From Octopus bimaculoides (Eukaryota), in contig NC_068986.1 in NCBI RefSeq assembly GCF_001194135.2, forward strand, positions 25,414,925 to 25,478,924: a DNA stretch of 64,000 nt. Reading direction: 5' to 3'. The first letter of the stretch is position 1. Each line of letters opens with the position of its first letter. The notes under the pieces are model-generated. The model was not told the DNA's origin and did no database searches. It worked only from the letters and a program-made list of their open reading frames with translations. A program made the translations under genes and the position numbers. Positions 36,447 to 49,657 of this stretch are shown one piece after another.

Positions 36447-38075
36447 TTGGGGAAATTTCGAACCTGGGTTCTCATTCCTAAGGTATCTTTTTTTATACAA
36501 TTCTTAATAATATTTAATTATAAAAATATAGTAAAAATTTTTTTGTAGGTTTAGCTGTGTGGTAAGAAGCTTGCTTCTCAACCACATGGTCCCTGGTTCA
36601 GTCCCACTACGTGGCACCTTGGGCAAGTGTCTTCTAATTATAGCCTCAGACCGACCAAAGCCTGTGAGTATATTTGATAGACAGAAACTGAAAGAAGCCT
36701 GTCGTATATATATGTATATATATCTGTGTTTGTGTGTCTTTATGTTACTACTTGACAACCAGCGTTGGTGTGTTTGTATCCCCATAACTTAGTGGTTTGG
36801 CAAAAGAGACCGATTAAATAAGTACTGTACTGGTGTTGATTCATTCAATCAAAAATTCAAGGTGGTGCCCCAGCATGGCCACAGTCTAATTACTGAAACA
36901 TGTAAAAGATAAAAGATAATACACATATGTATTTCTACATACACACCCATCACTGCAATCAGTGAAAAAGCAAAAGAGGTGACACGTAAAAAGCACTATC
37001 TGACCGTGATCGATTCCAGGCCCGCCTGACTGGCTCTTGTGCTGGTGGCACATAAAAAGCACACACTACACTCTCGGAGTAGTTGGCGTTAGGAAGGGCA
37101 TCCAGCTGTAGAAACATTGCCAGATCAGATTGGAGCCTGGTGCAGCCACTGGCTTTCCAGACCTCAGTCAAACCGTCCAACCCATGCCAGCATGGAAAAC
37201 GGACGTTAAACGATGATGATGATGATGAGGAGGAGGAGGATGATGATTCCATTATTTCTGCTTTTGAAAGGTAGTAAAATACCTTACTTTTGAAATGGCC
37301 CAAATACCTGCAAGTTCTGAACCTGTAGTAGTAGTAGTAGTAGTAGTAGTAGTTGTCAGCGGCAGTGGGTGACGGCAACAACCTCAAGCCAATGATGATA
37401 GAACAGACTTTATGATCAGGAGCATTCCTGCTGTGATATCCTTTGTTTTTTTCAAAACAGTGAGATGTAAATTGATAAAGACGTGGATGCTATTTCTAGT
37501 AGGTCATATGACCACATAGAGGCTCCCTTTCTTCATTCATCTGGTAAAGCCAACAGTTCTGAATCTCGGAGGTCATAAACTGTTTACTACTTCAAAAGAA
37601 TTTTAAAAAAAGCATTTGAATGTCTGAAGGAGAGACAGCGAAAACCTTTCCTCTTTGTTTTGTTTACTCACAACAAGTAACACAGATGAGCTGAGCTTTT
37701 TTTAATCTCCAATATTCATTGATAAGACTTACAGATTCTGTCTGATGTCATATGCAACATGTGGTGACAGCGAAAACAAGTTCTTTCATTGCCATAAATA
37801 AACAATTTAAATAAATAAATAAATAAATAAATGTTTTTTTTCTTTTTTTTTTTAATACATGACTTTTTCCTGCAGCGTTTCAAATCTTATGCATTTCTCA
37901 CTAATAACATACCTTGACAACATTTTTCAAATATTCCTACACACATACCTGCGCACACATAAACATGCAGGCACATACAGGTGCACACACACACACACAC
38001 ACACACACACTTTATGTATACATTTATGCGTGTGTATGTGTGTGTGCATATATATATATATATATATATACATAC

Positions 38076-38127
<52 letters not shown>

Positions 38128-39027
38128 GTATGTATATATGTATGTGTGTGTGTGTATATATGCATATATTTTTATTTTAGCATGTATTTGTGTGTGTATA
38201 CATATATATATGTGTGTGTATGCATATACATATATGCATATGTATATATATATATAACGGTTGCTACATCCTCTGGAAAATTATATATATATATNNNNNN
38301 NNNNNNNNNNNNNNNNNNNNNNNNNNNNNNNNNNNNNNNNNNNNNNNNNNNNNNNNNNNNNNNNNNNNNNNNNNNNNNNNNNNNNNNNNNNNNNNNNNNN
38401 NNNNNNNNNNNNNNNNNNNNNNNNNNNNNNNNNNNNNNNNNNNNNNNNNNNNNNNNNNNNNNNNNNNNNNNNNNNNNNNNNNNNNNNNNNNNNNNNNNNN
38501 NNNNNNNNNNNNNNNNNNNNNNNNNNNNNNNNNNNNNNNNNNNNNNNNNNNNNNNNNNNNNNNNNNNNNNNNNNNNNNNNNNNNNNNNNNNNNNNNNNNN
38601 NNNNNNNNNNNNNNNNNNNNNNNNNNNNNNNNNNNNNNNNNNNNNNNNNNNNNNNNNNNNNNNNNNNNNNNNNNNNNNNNNNNNNNNNNNNNNNNNNNNN
38701 NNNNNNNNNNNNNNNNNNNNNNNNNNNNNNNNNNNNNNNNNNNNNNNNNNNNNNNNNNNNNNNNNNNNNNNNNNNNNNNNNNNNNNNNNNNNNNNNNNNN
38801 NNNNNNNNNNNNNNNNNNNNNNNNNNNNNNNNNNNNNNNNNNNNNNNNNNNNNNNNNNNNNNNNNNNNNNNNNNNNNNNNNNNNNNNNNNNNNNNNNNNN
38901 NNNNNNNNNNNNNNNNNNNNNNNNNNNNNNNNNNNNNNNNNNNNNNNNNNNNNNNNNNNNNNNNNNNNNNNNNNNNNNNNNNNNNNNNNNNNNNNNNNNN
39001 NNNNNNNNNNNNNNNNNNNNNNNNNNN

Positions 39028-39079
<52 letters not shown>

Positions 39080-39542
39080 GTATATATAAATGTGTATACA
39101 TATGTATGTATATGTGTATATACATATATATGTGTATACATGTGTATGTATATATATGCACATATGTATGTATATGATTTTTCATATATATATATTTAAA
39201 AGTACAGAAATACATGTTTGTTTCATTTATTTGTTTATCGTTGATGTTAACTTTTCAGAATCAGTCACTTAACTGATACAGGTTGGAGGTATTGGTGGGG
39301 GAATTTTTTAGTTGTTTTTCTTAAATTCAATTTTTCTTTTTGCTGTCTTTTTTTTATATCAATCTTTTTTTCCCCATTACTATAAAACTGAAGATGTGCT
39401 GTTTCCATAGATTGTCAATGTAGTCAAAGATGATCTGCAGAGATCTTCCACAGATAACAACTTGTTTATTTATCTTGGGGTCAGGGTCAAAGAATCTTCA
39501 GGTTATATCCTATGATGTCTGTGTGTCGGTGTTAGATATATG

Positions 39543-39608
<66 letters not shown>

Positions 39609-39841
39609 TGTGTGTGTGAGAGAGTGAGAAAAAGATGTATATGTGTGTAGTTTTAAATATATATATAGACATATGTATATATATGTGTGTGTGTGTGTAT
39701 AGGTAAGTGTATATATGTATGTACAAATACGTGTGTGCATTTATATGTATGTGTGTGTGTATATATATATGTGTGTATGTGTATATGTATATGTGTGTAT
39801 GTATATAATGATATATATATACATATGTATGTCTCCATATA

Positions 39842-39902
<61 letters not shown>

Positions 39903-41003
39903 ACACATGCATACATACATATATATAATTATATATACTTGTATATGTATGTATATGTGTGTGTATATATATATATCATATGTATACACACATATATATA
40001 TATATATATCATATATGCACACACACACATAGACATACATATATACAAACACGCACACGCACACACACACATACACACACACACACACACACACTATAAT
40101 CAGATAAATCATTCTATAAAGATAGAAACAGCGGATTTCTAACATTTGCAACATCCTAAATTTGTTATCTTTCTATACTTGACTAGTTTTCTTCTTCTAA
40201 TTGGGATGTCATTACAGATTAGTTAGTCCGAGAGCTGAGCCTTACACCCAACTTCTCTCACTTCTTCCTCATTATCAGTATCAGCCTTTATCAGACTAAG
40301 CTTCCCCATTACTTAGGGATAGCTCCTCCCCTTCCTCTTGGACTGACACTGCAGATTAGTTAATATGGTACCTAGTCTTGTTCATCATCATCCTCCACTC
40401 CTTTCCTCCCTTCCGCCTCCATCAGTATTATCAATGTTATTACTTGATTGCTGCTGGCCCCTGCTTCTCCCACTACAGCCTTCGTCTTGTCTCCTTTCAC
40501 AGACTCCAGTGTTGCCTTACATACCATATTCTGTCTTTGTTTTGTTTCTTCCTTTACTGGCTTCCATACTTGAACTGTGACAATTCTAAGTCAAGGCCTT
40601 GAAGAGTTTTTAATTTTTTTTTTTTTTTTTTAATTGATAATATCACCCTCAGTACTTTATTTGGTACTTGTTTCATTGTTCTCATGATTTACAAAAAGGG
40701 TGAGCATTGGTTCGAGAGTAGGTAACTCAGTTTGATAGTTCTGTTGGTCATGCATCACATACCATAGGGTATTCCTGTTTGACTGGCAGAATTGTTAGCA
40801 CGCTAGACGAAATGCTCAGTGGTGTTTCTCCCATTGCTATGTTCTGAGATCAAATTCCACCGAGGTTGACTTTGCCTTTCATCCTTGTGGGATTGATAAA
40901 TTAAGTACCAGTGAAACACTGGGGGTTGATGTAATCAACTAGTTCCCTCCCCCTAATTTCAGGCCTTGTGCCTATAGTAGAAAGGATTATTATTATTATT
41001 GTT

Positions 41004-41632
41004 AAGTGAGAGAGCAGTGCATGCCATCAAAGTGACACCGGGGTAAAATATACGAAGCCCATTATACCCATCATGACTACCCGTCTGATAAGGGTACACC
41101 AGGCACATGCATCACAACNNNNNNNNNNGAAGCCCATTATACCCATCATGACTACCCGTCTGATAAGGGTACACCAGGCACATGCATCACAACCATATGT
41201 ACGCGACATGGTGATCTCATATCATGATAAACAGCGCATGATCTCACAGGTGGGGCCCAATTCGAATTTTCTTCAGGTCGAGTAGCCCATTCCACTCAAA
41301 AGCTCCCTGAATAAGGGTTGTTTAACGATGTTGAGCAAAACACCCATGTTTACAAAGGGGAATTATTCAAACCCCAAAGAATTCCTCTCAACACATGGCT
41401 ATGATGCTCCCCCACTACTTCTGCTCATGATCAGAGATGCACATATCTTCAGCTACCAAAGGACATGCTCAACTGGTTAACGTCAAACAAGTGGCAAGCA
41501 AATCTGTGGTATTAAGGAGAATATTTGCTGTAGCCCATCTTTTACACCAAGACAAAACAATGTCCATGATAACACTTCCAATCAGTTAAGATCAGAAGGC
41601 ATGAGAGCCACTGCCTGGTACTGCGTCCGAGC

Positions 41633-41636
<4 letters not shown>
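41004..41636. mobile_element. Non-coding element flanked by (TTA)n on both sides, no tRNA head
   Basis: The left flank is the (ATT)n tail of SINE C (40986-41002) and the right flank is (ATT)n at 41636-41690. The interior is complex sequence with no convincing ORF. About 50 bp is duplicated across the 10-N gap. Confidence 0.7.
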
Positions 41637-41691
<55 letters not shown>

Positions 41692-44008
41692 TGTTTTTGT
41701 CACTATGTTCTACCTCTTGCTAATGCTGACCACCATTAGTTTGCTTGTAATTTTTGTTATTGTTTATATTCACATCATAAAGTACCGGAGGGAAGGCGAC
41801 CTCACCAGTGAAGCTGAATAAATATATGTGTGTGTGTGTGTGTGTAATTAGATTAAGTTCGTGGTGGTGGTGGTGGTGGCATTGCTGTTTTCATTTTAAA
41901 TTTTCTTATTTTTATATACATGCAAAATTAAATTAATATTTTGGAATGAAAGTTTGTCTGTAAACTTTTCTTAAGTTATATTTGCTTGGATAAAGAACAT
42001 TCTCCAGCAAACTCCCAGTTGCCAAATTTTTTTCCTTTTTTGATTTTATTGCTTTTCTTTTTATTGTTTGTAACTTCCTGAATGTTCTATCTTTTACATC
42101 TTAGTTTAGTTGTTTCCTGTGAGGAAATATTGCTGTATTATCTCTCTGGCTGTGGATATAATTTCTGTTACTTTCCACTGACTAAAAAGAATAACATTCT
42201 TTGTTTGGGAATCAGAGAACAAACTCTTACAAGCCCATGTGGGAATCTCTTGCCACAACCACTCAACTTGCTAGAAATAGCAGCCAAATCTTCCTCAAAT
42301 TACAGTTACAAAAAGGAATAGATACTTTGGGTAATGCAGTCTTTGATATACAAAACCCAAAGAAAGGAAGGATGGTCATGATGGAGGTGCATTTGATCAT
42401 GTTTCAGTTTTATTGGGGTTTCAGCTCACTCATAATTTGGTAATATCAACAGTTACCAAAAGTCTTCCATCCAATGTTGTTCTTTGTCTACTGAAATGGG
42501 GTATAATGAATTTTGTAATAAGAATAAACTTGAATATCTTTTTACAAAATAAATAGGATTTGTATGAATGACTGTATACTGCAGTTGGCATTTAAAGGAC
42601 TGCTATCATATATATATGTATGTAAATTTACAAAATAGAACCAAACTTTAGCCCCTGAGATTTTCGAAAGGTATCAAGTGTGGATTTCTGTCTTGCATCC
42701 CAAAATCAGCCGTTTACAAAAGTCTACATGCAAAGCAGATCAACCTTCAGCTGTTCTTGGATCCACCAATTATAGAGATGTCACATACCCTGAAAAACCT
42801 TACAAAATCATTGCCCTACCACCACCACCCCAAGCATTCACAGAGATGACAGTGAATAGACAAAGAAGGACAAGGCAGTGCTCCAGCATGGCCTTAGCTT
42901 TGATAGTTAAAACAAAGTAAGGAGTTTGGTACTGGCATGGCCATGTGGTTAAGCAGCTTATCTTGCAGCCATGTTGTTTTGGGTTCAGTCCTACTGTATG
43001 GAACTTTGGGCAAGTGTCTTCTACGGTGGCCCTGGGCACCACTGATACCTTGTGAGTGAACTTTGTAGATGGAGACTGTGTAGAAGCCTGTCATGAATTG
43101 TGTGTGTGTATGAGAGATAAAGTATTTGTGTCTGTGTTTGCCCTCCACCATCACTTAACAGCTAACAACTGATGTTGGGTTTTCTTTTTTGCCCATCTAA
43201 GTTTGGTAGACTTTTAAGAAAGATTACTGGGGTTGATTGGTTTCACTAAACCCACCACAAGGTGGTGTCCCCCAACACGACCACAGTCCAGTGACTGAAA
43301 CAGATAAAAGATAGAAGCTAGAGCTAAAGAACTGTGTTTTTAATTATCATCATCATCGTCATCATTTTGTGTCCACTTTCCATACTGGCATGGATTGGAT
43401 AGGTCATCAAAGTCTGAGTCAGTTTCCATTCAGAGTTAACGCCCTCTCAGGCAGTATTTCATCTGTCCATATGTTCTGAGTTCAAATTCTGCTGAGGCCG
43501 GCTTCGTCTTTCATTGTTTTTTGGATTTGATAAAATAATTGACATGGTGAGAGCATAAAAAACTTGAACCTAAACAACAACACTAACAACTAGATACCCT
43601 AAACTGCACCCCTGTCGAGCCTGTGTGGCAGTGTAGGCTCATCAAACCAGTATGATCCGAAGCTCAAATTCACAGCCTCCACATCAGACCATGTTTGATG
43701 GTGGAGGGAACATGTTGAGGCCTTCATCCTGCAGTGCTCTGAACATGGGCAATCCAGTCCAGTCCAGTCCAGTCCAGTCCAGTCCAGTCCCTCCTGGATC
43801 AGTCTTGCTTGTATATTTCTTTTTTTTTTTTTTTTTTGGCTTGGTTTCTATGGTAGGATGCAGAATGTATTGGGTGCATTTTATCATGTCACCAACGCTG
43901 GGGTGATTGTTGTCGTGTCCTTGCCCGAGCAATGACATAAGCTTTGCTTGACCGTATTTGATTACAGTTACAAATCAGTAGCAGAAATTATGTAGAAATT
44001 ATGTATTA

Positions 44009-44239
44009 AGGTGGCAAACTGGCAGAAATGTTAGCATGCCAGGTGAAATCTTAGCAGTATTTCGTCTGCTGCTACATTCTGAGTTCAAATTCTGCCGAGG
44101 TCGACTTTGCTTTTCATCCTTTCGGGGTCGATAAATTAAGTACCAGTTACGCACTGGGGTCAACGTAATCGACTTAATCCCTTTGTCTGTCCTTGTTTGT
44201 CCCCTCTATGTTTAGCCCCTTGTGGGCAATAAATAAATA
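44009..44239 (+). mobile_element. SINE family C variant with different 3' end
   Basis: The head and body match 7355-7553, but the tail is ...gccccttgtgggcaataaataaataa. The flanking repeat agaaattatgta is at 43994-44005 and 44240-44251. Confidence 0.85.
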
Positions 44240-45619
44240 AGAAATTATGTAGAAGTAGTATATTTGTAGCAAACTTTCAATGTATGTCATTGTTTATATA
44301 AACAATAACATAAATACTATACCAACATTGAACTATACTATATATTAAGATAGGTTAACTATATAGCTATATATTAAGATAGGTTAACCCTCATTCATTA
44401 CTCTATAGGAGCATAGGTTCTCAGGTTTCTCTGGTGTATATATATTCTTCCTTGGATGGCCCATCGCAGGGCTACTCATTTTTGCCTGCTAAGTAAATTG
44501 GATCAGCAGGAAATGAAGTGTTTTGCTGAAGAGCACAATGCATCGCATGGTCTAGGAATTGAAACCACAATCTTACAATTGTGAGTCCAACGCCCTAACT
44601 ACTAAGCCACGTGCCTCCACATATATATTAAGATAGGGTCTATACATAATATTAACCATGTCATCTGCAAGCCAAGAGCAAGGGCGTCTATGTACTTGCC
44701 TGATCTGCTAGAAATAACATCTAAATCTTTCCCTAAATCATACCCTCCCACCATAAAAAAGGGTGGGAGATGTGTGTGTGTGTAATGACTTAGACAAAAA
44801 TAGGTTGAGCAAAATTTAAATGTCATTATAGTGTACTCAATCCAGATTGACCTGGGGCTAAACACCACCACTGCCACCACCACCACTTCCACAACCAACA
44901 AACAACAACATTATCTGTATATAAGTATATGCATTTTTTATTATTTTTGCAATGCTGTGGTAACAGTTTATTGTACTAAGTTGTTACTGAGTGATTCTTC
45001 CATACAGTTTATTGATTTCTTTTGATGAGACATTGCCAAATTTTTGTTGGGTGAGTGGGGGGGGGGCGGTGAGAGATAAAGCAGACTGAATTAATCTATG
45101 TATTTTATAGGTGCATACATGTTTTATTGACAGAGGCAATGGATTGGACAAAAGGCATTGTGGTCTTTTGTTACAGACCTTTATGTGCTGAGTTCAAATC
45201 CTTGCTTTCTGTCCAGAATCGATAAAAAAACAAAGTACCTCTCAAATACTAAACCAATCTAATATTCCTATAATGCAACTTGATAGAGGGTGACTGTGAA
45301 AGCCCATTGTGTATATGGTGTGTCTGTGTTTTGTTTTCCTTCACTGCATGACATCTGGTGTTGGTTTGTTTACACCCTCGTGACTTAGTAGTTTGGCAAA
45401 AGTGAACAATAGAATAAGTACCAGGCCTTATTTGGATTAAACCTGTCAATGCAGTGCCCCAGCATGGCCACAGCCCAATGACTAACACTAGTAAAAAATA
45501 AAAGACCCAGTTTGATATTCTTATAATACAATCCTAGATGTGAATGGAATTATAAGAGAAATCTTGGAAAAGATTCAATGGCAGAATGGTAATGTAGACT
45601 TAGTTACTGTCCATGGTGT

Positions 45620-45845
45620 GGAGGCACATGGTCTAGTGGTTAGGATGTTGGACACATGATCATAAGATTTGTGGTTTCAATTCTTGGACTAGGCAATGTA
45701 TTGTGTTCTTGAACAAAATACATCATTTCATGTTGCCCCAGTCCACTCAGCTGGTAACAATGAGTAATCTTGCGATGGACTGGTGTCTCATCCCGGGTGG
45801 AATATATTTGCCAGAGAAATTGGGAAACTGGTCCTATGCTCTTTA
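45620..45845 (+). mobile_element. tRNA-headed SINE family D (CORE-like middle, short V-domain-like motif)
   Basis: ggaggcacatggtctagtggttagg...tttcaattc, then gtgttcttgaacaaaatac..ccagtccactcagctgg, then tgcgatggactggtgtctcatcccggg. Related copies lie near 850-1040, 28030-28255(-), 34560-34760(-), 44420-44620(-) and 54790-54960(-). Confidence 0.7.
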
Positions 45846-46473
45846 CAGAGTAATGCTGACAAACCAAATCTCACTAAAATGCAGTCAATACCTTACAAAT
45901 AATAAGGGATGTATGTACTGACTGATGTTGTAGGGGGCACATCTCCTTTCAAATGTTGAATTAGTTGTTTCTGTACCACATAAGCCACCTATGCAAATTT
46001 TAAATTGACCTAATCCCATTTCTTCTGTCCCCCTTCACTTCTACTCACCTCATAGCCTGAAGGTCCACACTGACATCTCGTCATCACAATTTCATCTCTT
46101 CCCCGCTCCACTTCAATCACCTCCCACCCTCTTTTCTAAAAGGGTGAATAGCCATATAAGGTTTTCTATAACAAGAAACCTGTTCTGCTCTGATCCCTTC
46201 TCTAATACTTTAAATCCCACATGTCCTGCTATAAATTTGCCTCTCTTGGGGGTCCTTAATCTTGCAAGCTACTTGGCAACCTCATTAGTGCTGGCGGCAT
46301 GGAAGAAAGGAAACCAAGTACATGCTGTAATGTTGCTGATGTTAGGAAGGACATCCATCTGTAGGAATCATACCAAAGTAGACAGAAGAGCACAATGAAG
46401 TCCTTGGGCTTGCCAAACCCTCTCAAACCCTCTAACCCATCCAACCAATACCATTATGAGACATGGGTATTAA

Positions 46474-46676
46474 CCCTTTCATTTACAAATTTCTGTTGAA
46501 ATGCACTACCTCTGTTTCAATTAATTTTGAAAATAACAAAGAATTCACTAAAATAACTGTCATTAATAAACTGGTATCTGCAACATAAATTAACATGAAA
46601 CTTAGATCACTTTATAACAGGAAATTTCTGTCATAGAACTAGGAGCAGTCTGAGGTATGGGTCGGTATAAAAAAGC
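46474..46676. mobile_element. piggyBac-like MITE (TTAA-flanked)
   Basis: TTAA (46470-46473)|CCCTTTC ... GGTATAAAAAAGC|TTAA (46677-46680). It appears to be a reverse-orientation relative of 54425-54644. Confidence 0.65.
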
Positions 46677-49624
46677 TTAAATGATGATGATGAATGTGTG
46701 TGTGTGTGTGTCCTTGTACATGCATGTATTTGTGTGAATGTGTTCTTATTTCTCTTTGTCTTTATATGTGTTTGCTGACTGTAAACAAACAACAGCCTTG
46801 CTTTTCTCTACAGGTAGTGACGTTAGCTTGCAGTCAAACATGAAAGCATGTCTGGGCTTCTTGACATGTCAAGATGTGTTGCACAATATTTGTCCAAAAA
46901 AGAAAAAAAAATTGTTTGTAACCGTGTCTGGGTTGTTTTGTTCTTTGGTAGATTGGAAAATCATTACCTTACTGGAAAACAAGCAAGGGTTGGTAACAGA
47001 AAGAGCATCTAATCATCAAAAATCTGTCTCAATGAATTCCATTTGATTCATGCACCACCATGGGAAAGCGGACATTCATTAAACTGATGATGATGATGAT
47101 GAAAATAAGATAACATGAAAATACTCCTACATTACCATTTACAAAATTATATTCAGTCATTACAGAACTGCTTAATACCAGGCACTGCCAGTTTCATTGG
47201 CTATAATATATAATTCAATATTCCAAGTCATTATTTTCATTTACATATGCTTCCTTGCAAAGTAATATTCCACCACCAGCCAGCATGGGTGATTTACGTC
47301 TAATCCCAGCTGTTACTAAAATATTCCATCTGAATGTGAGCGTTTCTAATAGTAACCAGTGCTAAGATAGCGTCAGTGATTTCTTTAGATTTGGCACAAG
47401 ACTCCATTTGTTTATTTTCTAATTTTTTTTCCCTTTTGATATTCATTTTATTTATTTGTATGTATATATATATATATATATATGTTGTAGGGGGTTCTGT
47501 ATTGTCAAAGGAATGCATTACAGTATTTTGCTGATATTTATGTTTAGAGAGCCCCACCCCCCACTCACCCTCCACGTGACCCCATCTCCTCTGAATCCTG
47601 GAAGGATGAAATAAATGTAAAGCTAATCCTTGTGGGCCTGGAACTAAGAACAGCAAGGAATGAAACGAGATACAAAGCCTACAAGTGATCTTGTAGGTGG
47701 TAATATGACCTGCTAGAAATAGCAACCAAATTCCCTTCATATTACATGATCACATTTTTATTTCTGCGCCGTACACTTTTGCGCATTGGTCCATCTTTGG
47801 AAAGGCCTCATAGCCTATTACTTTTTATATGTAAGGAGATTGTTAGTCCCTCACCTATTCCTTTTCCATTTCCAGAGAAAGGGATGTTGTGGTTGATTTC
47901 CCATGAACTTGTCATTGCTGATTCTGGGAGAAAAACTGATCACCCCTCGAGTAAGTGCCTTCTGCAACAGCCCCTGGTTGACCAAAGCCTTTGAAGGGTT
48001 TTAGTCAAATAAATTGATCCCCGTATTTATGCTTCAATTTTTAAAGTCTGGTACTTATTCTATTGGTCCCTTTTCCCAAACTGCTAAACTATGGGAACAT
48101 AAACAAACCAACACTGGGTGTCAAGAGGTGAGAGTTATGAACATGAATACAAAAACACACAAACATGCAAATATATCTATACTACTGGCCTCCATACAGT
48201 TTCCATGTACCAAGTTCATTTGCAAGGCATTGTTTGGCCTGGGGCTATAATAGAAGACACTCTCGCCTCATGGTGGGACTGAACCCAAAACCAAGTGGTT
48301 AAAAAAAAAAGTTTCTTAACCATACAGCTATTCCTGTGTAGTGGAAGATATGCACAAAGACACAAAAAAAAAGAAAGAAAAAAATCAGGTTAGCCATGAA
48401 CGGAATGTCTTAGATCACAGTTCTGCTTAATCAGGATTGACCTGGAAGCTAAAGAAGAAGGAGGTGGTGGTGGTGGTGGTGGTGGTAGTGCCACCGCCAC
48501 CACTGCTACCGCTGCTGCCCTAACAGCTTCTAGTAGAATGTTTTACTGCCTTAGCTATCCACCCGTATCTTACTGCATTTCACTGAGAGATAAAATAACA
48601 CCAAACTTTAAGAAAGTTTTCATTATCAGCAACTTTAAAAATCTTTGTGATGAATTTTTGTTGCAAGGGGGGTGGGGATAAGGAGAACTCAACAACAGCA
48701 GAAACAGTTCTACCATAGCACATCCTTCATCCTGTCTCTGACTCTCCATCATGCACATTCACTGCCATATTTTTTTATTTTCAACTCTTCCATAAATATA
48801 TATTTGCAGTGTTAGAAATAACTGGTTGACTACTTTTGATATTATTTTTTTCCTGTTCATTTTAACTCTTACCATATATATATTTATATNNNNNNNNNNN
48901 NNNNNNNNNNNNNNNNNNNNNNNNNNNNNNNNNNNNNNNNNNNNNNNNNNNNNNNNNNNNNNNNNNNNNNNNNNNNNNNNNNNNNNNNNNNNNNNNNNNN
49001 NNNNNNNNNNNNNNNNNNNNNNNNNNNNNNNNNNNNNNNNNNNNNNNNNNNNNNNNNNNNNNNNNNNNNNNNNNNNNNNNNNNNNNNNNNNNNNNNNNNN
49101 NNNNNNNNNNNNNNNNNNNNNNNNNNNNNNNNNNNNNNNNNNNNNNNNNNGCTTACCAACCATATGGTTCCGGGTGCAGTCCCACTGCGTGGCATCTTGG
49201 GCAAGTGTCTTCCACTATAGCCTCGGGCCGATCAAAGCCTTGTGAGTGGATTTGGTAGACGGAAACTGAAAGAAGCCCGTCGTATATATGTATGTGTGTT
49301 TGTGTGTCTGTTTGTTTGTCCCCCACCACCATCGCTTGACAACCGATGCTGGTGTGTTTACGTCCCCCGTAACTTAGCGGTTCGGCAGAAAGGGGCCAAT
49401 AGAATAAGTACTAGGCTTACAAAGAATAAGTCCTGGGGTCGATTTGCTCGACTAAAGGTGGTGCTCCAGCATGGCCGCAGTCAAATGACTGAAACAAGTA
49501 AAAGAGTAAAAGAGTATATAGTAAATCCCCCCCAAAAACGAAGAACAAACACAAAAAAACAACAACGCAAGGATGTGGTACATGTAAAGTATTAGCAGAC
49601 GCTCAGGGAAGGAAAGAAAGGTGA

Positions 49625-49657
49625 TTTAATGTTTCGAGCAAAGCTCTTCTTCAGAAA
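49625..49657 (-). ncRNA. Minimal hammerhead ribozyme motif, best-preserved copy (within repeat ~49515-49710)
   Basis: The minus strand reads TTT-CTGAAGA-A-GAGC-ttt-GCTC-GAAA-CATT-AAA. The core is intact and stems I and II pair. Stem III is one G>A change from the palindromic ACGT form. Confidence 0.65.

Noticed and set aside
37981-39215. Very long ORFs made of X and YI/HT/CV repeats (also about 13.8, 20, 24, 51 and 57 kb)
   Set aside because: Artefacts of N gaps and dinucleotide microsatellites.
41069-41179. ~50-bp direct repeat around a 10-N gap
   Set aside because: Same assembly artefact.
46814-46910. Acceptor-like cttttctctacag with forkhead-like (tgtaaacaaaca) and CRE-like motifs nearby
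   Set aside because: There is no convincing donor or protein similarity, and short motifs are expected by chance in AT-rich DNA.
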